Shown in pieces: positions 19,721-27,860 of a DNA stretch of 64,000 bases (within the stretch, counting starts at the first letter, position 1; each line of letters opens with the position of its first letter). Below the pieces are notes generated by a model. That model ran no database searches. It worked only from the letters and a program-made list of their open reading frames with translations, and had not been told where the DNA came from. Source of the DNA: an uncultured virus (IMG/VR IMGVR_UViG_3300025927_000001) (lineage: Duplodnaviria; Heunggongvirae; Uroviricota; Caudoviricetes); IMG/VR virus record IMGVR_UViG_3300025927_000001; one strand, written 5' to 3'. The translations under genes were made by a program, and so were the position numbers.

Positions 19721-20770
19721 ATGTCGCAGGAAACACTGAACTGGTTGAACACGCACGTGCTAGTCGGTATGACGGACGCGCGTGGCAACGCGTGGCATTA
19801 CCGGGCAAGTGAGCAAGGCGCCGAGTCGAACCATTACGCGGGTGCGATCCCGATTGAGGATGTTAACCGGCGGTTATTCGGTTGGGATGCTGTGCCTAGG
19901 CGCGTCGGTGTTGAGCTGCCCGCCACGTTCGACGACATGACCCACATATCCGACGACGGCCTACCGATGCGGTGGACGGTGCAGGATGACCGCCAGGCCA
20001 TCACGGCGTCGGATAGCGGGCACGTGTTCGAATTCTTCAAAGACGGTTACCGGTCCCACCAGTACCAGGAGTGGTTACTGCGCAACGTGGGCACGATTCT
20101 CGATGGTGACCTAGGTATTAGCTCCGCTGGGTTGCTCCGTAACCGTGGCGTGGCGTGGGTCGAGGTCTCCGTGCCCGACACTATCCAGGGGCCCGCTGGT
20201 GTGGCATTCAGGCCCAATCTGGTGGGGTGTACGTCGCACGACGGGAAGCTGTCGACCACGTATAAGCGCACGATCACCGCGACGGTGTGCGACAACACCC
20301 TGGCCGCTGCGCTGGGTGAGCACGGTCAGACAGTGAAAGTGAAGCACTCACGTTATTCAGGGTTGCGGATCACTGACGCGCGGGTAGCGCTGGCCATGGT
20401 GGACGAAACGGCGGACGCGTTCTCCGCGCAGGTGAGGCGACTCACCGATTGGAAGGTAGGACCGCTACAGCTCAAGACGGTGATTAACGCTCTCGTGCCT
20501 GTGCCTGATGAGTCCGGGAGGGCACAAACGATCGCCCAGACTAAGCAGGCCGACATTCGTAAGCTACTGGCCACTGACCTGCGTGTGCAGCCATGGGCCG
20601 GTACAGCGTTTGGTGTGCTCCAAGCGTTCAACACGTGGGAGCACCATATTAAGGGCACCCGTGGTGGGGAAGGTGGCCGGGCGGAACGCAACATGCTGTC
20701 AGCACTGGACGGCAGCACTGACAAATCTGACGCGCTAGTCCTTAGCGTGTTGGCGGCTACAAACGTTTAG
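19721..20770 (+). CDS. DUF932/DUF945-family phage protein
   Basis: AWH, SAGLL..G, TSHDG, VCDNTL, KH, GTAFG..QA motifs. Confidence 0.85.
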   Translation: MSQETLNWLNTHVLVGMTDARGNAWHYRASEQGAESNHYAGAIPIEDVNRRLFGWDAVPRRVGVELPATFDDMTHISDDGLPMRWTVQDDRQAITASDSGHVFEFFKDGYRSHQYQEWLLRNVGTILDGDLGISSAGLLRNRGVAWVEVSVPDTIQGPAGVAFRPNLVGCTSHDGKLSTTYKRTITATVCDNTLAAALGEHGQTVKVKHSRYSGLRITDARVALAMVDETADAFSAQVRRLTDWKVGPLQLKTVINALVPVPDESGRAQTIAQTKQADIRKLLATDLRVQPWAGTAFGVLQAFNTWEHHIKGTRGGEGGRAERNMLSALDGSTDKSDALVLSVLAATNV

Positions 20771-20775
20771 CAGTG

Positions 20776-20824
20776 GGCCCCTGAACATGGCGTGAGGCTA
20801 CCGGATCGAATCCGGCCGGGGTCA
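20776..20824 (+). ncRNA. tRNA minihelix-like element 2
   Basis: Shares GAGGCT.CCGGATCGAATCCGGCCGG with element 1; closing GGCCCC/GGGGTC stem. Confidence 0.5.
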
Positions 20825-20863
20825 CTCTTTCGTTTCACCGATCTAGCGCAGGAGAAAGTAATC

Positions 20864-21082
20864 ATGGATGAGCAAACGCATCTAGACGGGTTCAGGGTCG
20901 GCGACCGAGTAAGGCTATCGCCCCTCGCAAAAGTGGATTTGCGCGACACGGGTGCATGGGTGCAAGACGCTAGCGGAATCGGACTAGTGATCGAATCACC
21001 GACGAAACATTGCTATGTCGAGGTGCAATGGAAGTACGGAACCGCTGCCTACCGGCCTGAACACTTAGAAAGGGTAAAGTGA
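20864..21082 (+). CDS. Small SH3-like protein
   Basis: F.VGDRV…G.V…V.V.W…Y.PEHL pattern. Confidence 0.6.
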   Translation: MDEQTHLDGFRVGDRVRLSPLAKVDLRDTGAWVQDASGIGLVIESPTKHCYVEVQWKYGTAAYRPEHLERVK

Positions 21083-21348
21083 CCATGGAGTACTCAGAGC
21101 ACTCAGAGCGTGGCGCGTACGTCACCCATCAGGTATCCGTGTGGATCTGTAACGACGGTGACCTAATCGAGGCAGCACGGGCCGCGGTGCGAGTAGGCGA
21201 CCTCGCCAGGTGGGTGAAACAAACCATCCGCAGTGCCCCGAGGTATTCGAGCCCATGGCATGTGGGGCAGGAGCTAGCCGCCAACGATTACGACCGTGTG
21301 GACTGGCAATCCGTCGCTGATGACCTGAGGCCCGAGGAGTCGAGATGA
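21079..21348 (+). CDS. Hypothetical phage protein
   Basis: T..V..WI.ND…RVDW..VA motif. Confidence 0.65.
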   Translation: MTMEYSEHSERGAYVTHQVSVWICNDGDLIEAARAAVRVGDLARWVKQTIRSAPRYSSPWHVGQELAANDYDRVDWQSVADDLRPEESR

Positions 21349-21557
21349 ACAACCGCACGCCGTTCGGCAAACCACTACAGATGCCGCAACCCCCACCGCT
21401 ACGGGCGTACGCGATGTACGACGCTGGCGACCCCTGCCTCGACCACAGTGTCGCCTACACCGGCAGCATTCCCTGCACGGGCGTATTGCGCTGCCACCTA
21501 TGTGGCTGTTGCTGGAATGAGGACGGTAAGTACCTCGAACCCGAACCGACAGATTGA
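21345..21557 (+). CDS. Small Cys-rich protein
   Basis: YTG.IPCTG..RC.LCG motif; ATGA overlap. Confidence 0.6.
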   Translation: MNNRTPFGKPLQMPQPPPLRAYAMYDAGDPCLDHSVAYTGSIPCTGVLRCHLCGCCWNEDGKYLEPEPTD

Positions 21558-21849
21558 CGGATCCCGTAGTACGTGGCCTAGCCGCCGTGTGCTGCGGGAT
21601 TTTTTTGTGCCCTGGCACCGGAGCCGCTGAGTGCCACGGTGAGGCTAGATCTTTCCGGGTGGCTATGGTCGGCATGACCTGGACCGACTTAATCCCGCAG
21701 CGTGCATTGTGCGGCCAGCACTGCGGGATTTGGCCGTGAGGCGTGCCGTGCGTGCCGTCAGCCGCGACCGGCTGATCAGCGGAAAGTAGTCGGTCGGTCG
21801 CTCAGCGTGGGTTTGCGATCGTGAACGTTTGCGGGTGCAAAGTGACGGA

Positions 21850-22270
21850 CCGTGTCGATCTTGGAACTCTCCGTGACTAGGCCATTCGGCCTAAGATCAA
21901 CTGGCATTTGGTCTAGTCGTGTGTCGATCTTGTGACGCGGAGCGACTGGGCCAAACGGCCTAAGGTCAACGATCTTGGTGTGTGGTCAAGATCGTTGATC
22001 TTGCCTCGCGCGTGCAAATTGCATGTGTGTGCACACCGTGACCGGCCGTCACGCGCAGTAGAGCTAGGGCGTTTGGCCTAAGATCCACATCGCATTCGGC
22101 CTATCGGCATTCAGCCTAAGGTCAACTCGCATTCGGAGTAGTCACTGGCCGTGTCGATCTTGGGACGCAGGGTTACTAGGCCATCCAGGTGAAGATCAAC
22201 GATCTTGGGAGGCAAGATCGACGATCAAGCCCTCGCGCGTGCAGATTGCACGTGTGTGTGTATACACGTA
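21850..22270. repeat. Complex repeat array (GTGTCGATCTTG…GGCCTAAG[A/G]TCAAC units; two ~115-bp direct repeats)
   Basis: Units start at 21852, 21921 and 22151; the last two continue with CAAGATCG…CCTCGCGCGTGCA.ATTGCA.GTGTGTG. Confidence 0.85.
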
Positions 22271-22279
22271 TTAAGTCCG

Positions 22280-22606
22280 TCACCACCGGCGGGACGTCTG
22301 ATCGCCACCAGCTAGCCACGGTGAAACCCGCTTGCTAAGCCTCACCCTATTGCCCTCGACACTGTTACACCGCCGATGAGCAGGCACCAGATTCGCCGGA
22401 TCCAACGGGTCACCGCCCTCAGCCAAACCAACAATGTGGTGAGCGGTACCAGCCAACGGATGCAGATGCAGCACCTTCGTCATCTCATAGTTGATCGGCT
22501 GACCACACAACCAGCACGGCGTGTTATTCATCGCACCAGCGTGCATGCACTCGGCTTGAGCCCGCCGCCACCGGGAACCTTGACGACCAGGACCCTTGCT
22601 AACCAT
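22280..22606 (-). CDS. HNH endonuclease (packaging-associated, HK97 gp74-like)
   Basis: CWLCG…HHI…GG…NL.PAH..CN motif. Confidence 0.9.
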   Translation of the reverse strand: MVSKGPGRQGSRWRRAQAECMHAGAMNNTPCWLCGQPINYEMTKVLHLHPLAGTAHHIVGLAEGGDPLDPANLVPAHRRCNSVEGNRVRLSKRVSPWLAGGDQTSRRW

Positions 22607-22782
22607 CGTTGCCTACTCGGTTAGACTCCCAGCCCCGTTTTTTGGTGGGTGCGTGAGAGTATGTGATTCCAAGCGGTGGTCTGGGCAAAATAAAGAATGC
22701 CTTTTTTGGTACCAGACAAAATAAAGCATGCCTCTGGCTTTTTTGGTTGGAGGACTACTACTGACTACTACTCTACCGTGCA

Positions 22783-23214
22783 GTGACTGCGGTGGGTTGT
22801 AGTACCTGCCCATTTGGTGTCATCTGCACCTCCGATAGGTTCCAGCGCATGACAAATCGCGCGAACCCTGAGGTGTACGAAGGCCGAGAGTGCAATCGAT
22901 GCGGGTCGACCATTCGACTCACGTCAAACAAGCAATGCAGGCGCTGCAACATCGTCTGGTCGAGAAGGAATGCAGCCACGCGAATCGAGCGGAACCGACG
23001 CCGTGGCACTCCCTGTGACAGTTGCAGTGATCCCATGGACCAGCCGTGCTGCGACGTAGATCCAGTCACTGAGAAACCTCGTGGCTGGTTGTGTCACTAC
23101 TGCAATAAGGGCCTCGGCATGTTCAAAGACGATATCCGTCGCTTGGAGCTTGCGATTGCGTACCTGAGGTCCCGAGGTAAGTCCGTTGATGAACCTGTTA
23201 GCGCGAGAGGATGA
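22783..23214 (+). CDS. Endonuclease VII-like protein
   Basis: RGWLCHYCNKGLGMFKDD…L..AIAYL; canonical DH appears as DV, so activity is uncertain. Confidence 0.8.
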   Translation: MTAVGCSTCPFGVICTSDRFQRMTNRANPEVYEGRECNRCGSTIRLTSNKQCRRCNIVWSRRNAATRIERNRRRGTPCDSCSDPMDQPCCDVDPVTEKPRGWLCHYCNKGLGMFKDDIRRLELAIAYLRSRGKSVDEPVSARG

Positions 23215-23417
23215 CTATAATGACCCGTGATCCTGATTGGATCCTGAAGCAGGATTGGCTAACGCATTGTTTCGCGTGTTCGTCGGTTACTAGTGGCATT
23301 TTGGATGAGTGTCCGGTGGATCCGTCTCATTCAGTGAATGTGATCGACGGGCAGAGCCCGGATTTCCAGGCGTGGGTGTTGGCTCGTCGTGCTGCGGCTG
23401 CGGCCCGCCGGAATTAA
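23211..23417 (+). CDS. Small hypothetical protein
   Basis: ATGA overlap with EndoVII-like gene. Confidence 0.55.
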   Translation: MTIMTRDPDWILKQDWLTHCFACSSVTSGILDECPVDPSHSVNVIDGQSPDFQAWVLARRAAAAARRN

Positions 23418-23425
23418 CGCGTACC

Positions 23426-23674
23426 TCAGTTCACGGGTACGGCGATGGTGGTCCAGTAGGCCAGCTTCTTGCGCAGGATGGGCGCGCACATCGTGATCTT
23501 GCCGTTCTCGACGACGTACCCGGCGCAGAGATAGCGGGTAGTGACTTGGTGGAGACCATCGGTTAGGGTGCCGGTGGTGGTGGTCGACCTCGCGTGAACG
23601 GGAGGCAGCGCACTCGGCGGGGTTTCGGGTGCGGGCACAATGTCCGATGTGAGTGCAGGTTTGTAGTCCACCAA
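23426..23674 (-). CDS. Hypothetical phage protein
   Basis: GGAGG RBS; GL.QVT..Y.CAG.V…CAPILR motif. Confidence 0.6.
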   Translation of the reverse strand: MVDYKPALTSDIVPAPETPPSALPPVHARSTTTTGTLTDGLHQVTTRYLCAGYVVENGKITMCAPILRKKLAYWTTIAVPVN

Positions 23675-23698
23675 CTGTCCTCCCGGCCACCACCGCTA

Positions 23699-23974
23699 TG
23701 CGGCGTAGCTCAGTGCGTAGAGCGCTCGGTGCATGGCAAGCGAACGGTTCCGGTACCAACCCGCTTGTGGTGGGCCGGGAGCTGCATCCAGCGCCGTCCG
23801 CGGCGACCCATCGCCGCAGCCGCCTCGGGATCGGCAAGCAGGGTCGCTACGGCTTCGAGTTACCGCCGCTACCTCACGACCGTTGACCAACTCGCTGCGA
23901 TGACCAGCGGACCCAGAGTATGCCCCGGTTCTCTGACCGGCGGGAGGACGCAGGTTCAACTCCTGCCGCCGCAG
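23699..23974 (+). ncRNA. tRNA-framed RNA with ~210-nt structured insert (tmRNA-like or intron-containing)
   Basis: Acceptor TGCGGCG/CGCCGCA, D stem GCTC/GAGC, T arm GCAGG-TTCAACT-CCTGC; halves separated by an ORF-poor structured insert. Confidence 0.8.
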
Positions 23975-23979
23975 CTTTT

Positions 23980-24384
23980 TCAGTGAGTCACTGGTAGGTG
24001 TTCTTCCACTACGACCGGCGGTGGTGCTGGCGCTGGTTCCACGATCACTTGCGGGGCGGGTACCACGGTTTTGGTGATGATGATCGGTGGGGGCGGTGGT
24101 TGGGTCACGATCGACGTGACTGCCACGGGTGGTGGTGTCGTTGTCGTCGGTGCCGGGGTCGTTGTCGGCGCTGGAGTTGTGGTCGGTGGCGGCGTGGTCG
24201 TTGGCTTGGGATGACATTTCGCTTCGTCATCGTCGCCGCCGACAGCTTCTTTCGAGTGGTCGTGGCGTGTGCAGTCATCGCCACCACGACCACCGCCACC
24301 TGCGTTTGCGGGTGATGCGCTGGTTACGAGGATTCCCGCGGTGACAACACTGGCGGCGAGTAGCGCAGCGTAACGAGGACGCAA
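23980..24384 (-). CDS. Secreted Pro/Thr-rich protein ending LPVTH
   Basis: Signal peptide, PTTTP repeats, AAGGAG RBS. Confidence 0.7.
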   Translation of the reverse strand: MRPRYAALLAASVVTAGILVTSASPANAGGGGRGGDDCTRHDHSKEAVGGDDDEAKCHPKPTTTPPPTTTPAPTTTPAPTTTTPPPVAVTSIVTQPPPPPIIITKTVVPAPQVIVEPAPAPPPVVVEEHLPVTH

Positions 24385-24502
24385 GTCGGGTCTCCTTGAA
24401 GATTTAGAGCAGTTTCGCTTGGAGGATGACGAGGGCGAAGGCGATCTCGAATGCGAGCAGTTTCGAGTAGATCTCGATCATCTGCGGCACCCGTTATGTG
24501 TT

Positions 24503-24700
24503 TTAGAGCAGGTTGCTGAGGTCGAGGACGTCGACGCAGGTGAGCACGTTAATCGCGTGGGGTGAGGAGCAGTCGTCGTAGTAGTGGTGGTGTCGCCAGG
24601 TCTGGTCGTTATCGGTGTTGGCGAGAGCGGTTGCACTACCAGCGAGGGCCATACCGGCGGTCGCGGCGAGGATTGCTGCTGAAGCTGCGAGCTTGCGCAT
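24503..24700 (-). CDS. Small secreted peptide with two Cys
   Basis: Clear Sec signal peptide (…ATALA); amphipathic C-terminus. Confidence 0.65.
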   Translation of the reverse strand: MRKLAASAAILAATAGMALAGSATALANTDNDQTWRHHHYYDDCSSPHAINVLTCVDVLDLSNLL

Positions 24701-24713
24701 GCGATTGGGTCTC

Positions 24714-24935
24714 TCAATCGTGTCGGAAGTAGTTGGTGGTTCGTCGTCGTCGCGGTGATGTGGTGCCTGGGTCCAGTGACGACGGTGATACTAGAGGTTG
24801 GCCGTCTTGGTCTTGTTGGGGCCATAACCCGAGGGCGTCGAGTAGGTGCCGTAGGTCGTCGGCGTTTACCGCGTAGCAACTTACGGTGCGTCGGGCTTTC
24901 GCTCGGGTTGTTGGGTGTTCGGTGATCGCGGCCAC
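24714..24935 (-). CDS. Hypothetical protein
   Basis: A..A.DL..LLDALGL motif; RBS. Confidence 0.55.
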   Translation of the reverse strand: MAAITEHPTTRAKARRTVSCYAVNADDLRHLLDALGLWPQQDQDGQPLVSPSSLDPGTTSPRRRRTTNYFRHD

Positions 24936-24947
24936 GATCCCTCTTTG

Positions 24948-25232
24948 TTAGTGCACCAGCAGGAGGATGAGTCCGGCGGCGAACCCGGTGGCGATGGTGA
25001 GCACGAGGATCACGATGGTGGCGATCCCGGCTATGAGTTGGATCGTTCGGGTCACGTATCCGCGGTGTCTGGTAACGGTGAACGACCCGCCTTCGACTGT
25101 TGTGGGGGCGTCGAGTGGCGGGTCGGAGTTCTTGGGTGGCTGGACAGCTTTCGTCAGCCTGGCTGAAAGTAGCGTTCGGTCTGATTTAACGCAACTGTGT
25201 TGGTGCTGGCGTGTTTTTACCGGTGGTGGCAT
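24948..25232 (-). CDS. Hypothetical membrane protein
   Basis: C-terminal TM segment. Confidence 0.45.
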   Translation of the reverse strand: MPPPVKTRQHQHSCVKSDRTLLSARLTKAVQPPKNSDPPLDAPTTVEGGSFTVTRHRGYVTRTIQLIAGIATIVILVLTIATGFAAGLILLLVH

Positions 25233-25348
25233 TTGTCACGTGGTGGTGTGCGGTTAATGGTGTTTGACGGTGCGCGGTGAATTATGGTGTGTCGACTATA
25301 GGTGTTTTGTGTGTGTGGTGTTGGGAATTAAGTTCAGGCCGGGGTGGT

Positions 25349-26110
25349 TCAGGACGCTTTGTGGTGCCGGTAGCGGTCTTCGAGGGCGTGTAGGACGTCG
25401 CGGATGCGGTACAGCGGTGGGTGTTGGTCTGGTGCGGAGGTTAACCGACCGCGTAACGCGTAGCCGCGGATCATGCTAGAGGTGCACCGAACCCCAACGA
25501 TGCGCAGAAACGCGCTGATCTCCACGGACGTCCCGAGGTGATCACGGGCGACGTTGTTCATCCAGGTTTGCCGGGCAGCGATGTCGTGGCGGGCGCCGCA
25601 GGCGGTACAGGTAGCGAATTTGTTCCCCGGTAGGCCCCACACTTCGGTGACGCAGGTACCGGTGGAGCAGGGCCCCAGGAACAGCCGGCGGTCGTCGGGT
25701 CGGTCGATGGCCCTGCGGGCTTGGTGGATGGCGTCAGTGACCTCGTCAACGAGCCCAGCGGCGGCGGGGTGTATTCGGATAGCCGCAATGCTGCGGAGCA
25801 GCCAGCGGGCCAGCTGGGCGGTCGCAACGGGCCTGCTGGTGTTGATGCGGCAACCGAGTTCGGTCGCCCAGGCGTCGAGGGTGTGGTGCAGGACCCAAAC
25901 CACTTCGGCGACGTGGGTTTTAAACGGTAATGGGTCCTCGCTACCCCTGGGTCCGCGGTTCGTGGGATCGGTGAGCTGGTCTTGCCGTGATCTGGTGATG
26001 TCTAAATCGACCAGCAGGGCGGGGACGTCGCCCAGTTCGATGCGTAACGCGATCCCGCAGGTGTCGCACAGGTACACGTCGGTGGCCGCGCCGCATTTGC
26101 AGTAGTTCAC
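25349..26110 (-). CDS. Zn-finger/HTH protein, possible late transcription regulator
   Basis: N-terminal CxC/CxxC, central GPC…CxxC, C-terminal HTH-like IR.Y..RG.L…LYRI.DV; last gene of middle operon. Confidence 0.65.
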   Translation of the reverse strand: MNYCKCGAATDVYLCDTCGIALRIELGDVPALLVDLDITRSRQDQLTDPTNRGPRGSEDPLPFKTHVAEVVWVLHHTLDAWATELGCRINTSRPVATAQLARWLLRSIAAIRIHPAAAGLVDEVTDAIHQARRAIDRPDDRRLFLGPCSTGTCVTEVWGLPGNKFATCTACGARHDIAARQTWMNNVARDHLGTSVEISAFLRIVGVRCTSSMIRGYALRGRLTSAPDQHPPLYRIRDVLHALEDRYRHHKAS

Positions 26111-26343
26111 GGTGTCACCGGCGGTGGGATCGCGGAGACGCGGCGTTGTTGGTGCCAGCGGCGCAGCATCGCCCACGCTGAGTGCGCGGCGCGTTTCGCG
26201 TCAGGGTGTGAGGTGCGGGTGTTTTCGTGACAGAGAACGACACCGCCGGGCGCTAGGAAATCTGTTGGGGCGTCGTCGATAACGCACCAGTCGGTACCGA
26301 CTGTGGGGCCGCTGGCGACCCGGTATTGCGGGCTGATGCTCAC
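26107..26343 (-). CDS. Hypothetical protein
   Basis: GTGA overlap with downstream gene. Confidence 0.4.
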   Translation of the reverse strand: MSISPQYRVASGPTVGTDWCVIDDAPTDFLAPGGVVLCHENTRTSHPDAKRAAHSAWAMLRRWHQQRRVSAIPPPVTP

Positions 26344-26478
26344 TCGGGTGCGCGCATGGCCCCACAGTAGGGCCTAGGTCGCTAATAGCACTCGACCCGC
26401 ACCCCGAATTAACGAGGGCGGGTCGAGGTGTAGCGGGTTGCGTAGGCTTCAGGTGTGGCAGCAGTCTAGTCCAATGAA

Positions 26479-26952
26479 TCAGCCGCTGAACGCTGGTACT
26501 GGCACGGACGCTGGTTCCCACCCGATTTCAGCGACGTCAACGGTGCCGGTTTCGACGGCGGGCGGGGCGCCGTTCTTCGCGGCCATGGCCTTGTCGTATG
26601 CCTGTTCTACGGCCACGGGCAGGCGACCGTACTCGCTGATGTTGAACTCATCCTGGTCCGCGGCCCATGTCCTGATGGCCTTGATGCGTTCCTTGCGGGC
26701 CGCGGCATCTTCTTTGCCCTTCTTGGCGTTGCCGCCAGATGATGCCCTGTACTGGCTGTTGGTTGTCTTGGATCCGGCTTTGCGGGCCACCGCGAGGTAG
26801 CGGTCCAGTGACGCCCGTAGCTGGTCGGCGTTGTCCGCGGACAGGTCGATTTCGTAGTCGACGCCGTCGAGGCCGAAGTCGACCAGTTCGACGTCAGCAC
26901 CGTGTTGTCCGGTTAGGTCGTCGATCCTGTGGATGACTACCTTCTCTGCCAT
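26479..26952 (-). CDS. lsr2: Lsr2-family nucleoid-associated protein
   Basis: DDLTG…FGLDGVDYEIDLS..NA..LR and IR.WA…GRLP motifs. Confidence 0.92.
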   Translation of the reverse strand: MAEKVVIHRIDDLTGQHGADVELVDFGLDGVDYEIDLSADNADQLRASLDRYLAVARKAGSKTTNSQYRASSGGNAKKGKEDAAARKERIKAIRTWAADQDEFNISEYGRLPVAVEQAYDKAMAAKNGAPPAVETGTVDVAEIGWEPASVPVPAFSG

Positions 26953-27107
26953 GCGCGTGCCCCCCTTTGGGAATGTTGGGATGTTATCAAAGCGTGTCGT
27001 TGGGTCTAGTGGTGACTGGGTGGGTCGTTACCACCACTTGCCGAACAGGTAGATCACACCGAGTATGAACAGCGCGGTGATCAGGTCGTCGACTACGTGC
27101 GACCAGT

Positions 27108-27860
27108 TCACGATGGTGTTGGGGATGTCATCGTTGTCCATTGCTGGGCGGTCACGATCCGGCGTAGCACCCACGCACCGGGTACGTGTTCGGCTAAAGC
27201 CAGCGCCTCGTCGATGGTGGTGCAGTCGTCGACGAGGCAGATCGCACCGTCGACGGGGTTGGTGGCGTTAACGAACACGGCGTATTCGCACCATTCGTCT
27301 GCACCGATGGTGACGTTAACTGTGCACGACGCGGCGGTGTTCGTGTCGGGCGTTGTTTCGGTTTCGTCGTCTGGGGTCCACGGTTCGCTGTTGGTGCCAC
27401 GGAGCACCACGACGCCGGGACCGACCCTGGCCAGGTCTGCTACTACGCCTTCAGCGAGATCGCGGGCTGCTTCGTCGGTCATCCACAGTGGGCACGCGTT
27501 GACGATGAGATCGCTAAGGAGGTCACCATCGGTTTTCAGGGTTTGTCGTTCGGCGTCGAGCTGCTCACGGGCCACGACGCACTTGTCCCGCCAGTGGTCC
27601 CGTTGCTTACGGAACCCGGCCACATCGATTTGGGCGTTTTTCAGCTCGTCGTCAAGTGCGCGGCGGCTGGCGATGCTGGCTTCGTGGTAGTCGCCGACAT
27701 CCCCAGGGATTTTGGCCAGTTCCTGGCGCAGCACGTAGTAGTCGTTGCGTGCGTCGTCACGTTCCTCGCGTAGCTCGTCGCGTTCCCTGCGTGCCCTATG
27801 GGCTTGGTCTTGCCAGTAGTTCAGTAGCGCCTCCAGCTGTTTCACTCCGTCGTCGCTCAT
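27108..27860 (-). CDS. Coiled-coil hypothetical protein
   Basis: AAAGGGA RBS; ERD heptad-like repeats. Confidence 0.6.
   Translation of the reverse strand: MSDDGVKQLEALLNYWQDQAHRARRERDELREERDDARNDYYVLRQELAKIPGDVGDYHEASIASRRALDDELKNAQIDVAGFRKQRDHWRDKCVVAREQLDAERQTLKTDGDLLSDLIVNACPLWMTDEAARDLAEGVVADLARVGPGVVVLRGTNSEPWTPDDETETTPDTNTAASCTVNVTIGADEWCEYAVFVNATNPVDGAICLVDDCTTIDEALALAEHVPGAWVLRRIVTAQQWTTMTSPTPS

Noticed and set aside
21850..22270. CRISPR array
   Set aside because: Repeats are degenerate and unevenly spaced, the intervening parts resemble each other, and no cas genes are present.
23729..23940. Firm call as a group I intron or canonical tmRNA
   Set aside because: AGAGTATGCCC only loosely resembles J8/7-P7, no clean P7 partner or spliced 7-nt anticodon loop could be built, and Ala identity and a typical tag end are missing. 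Left as an open finding.
23594..24217. Overlapping ORFs across the tRNA-framed RNA
   Set aside because: Arg/Pro/Ala-rich shadow frames typical of high-GC DNA, with no RBS support.
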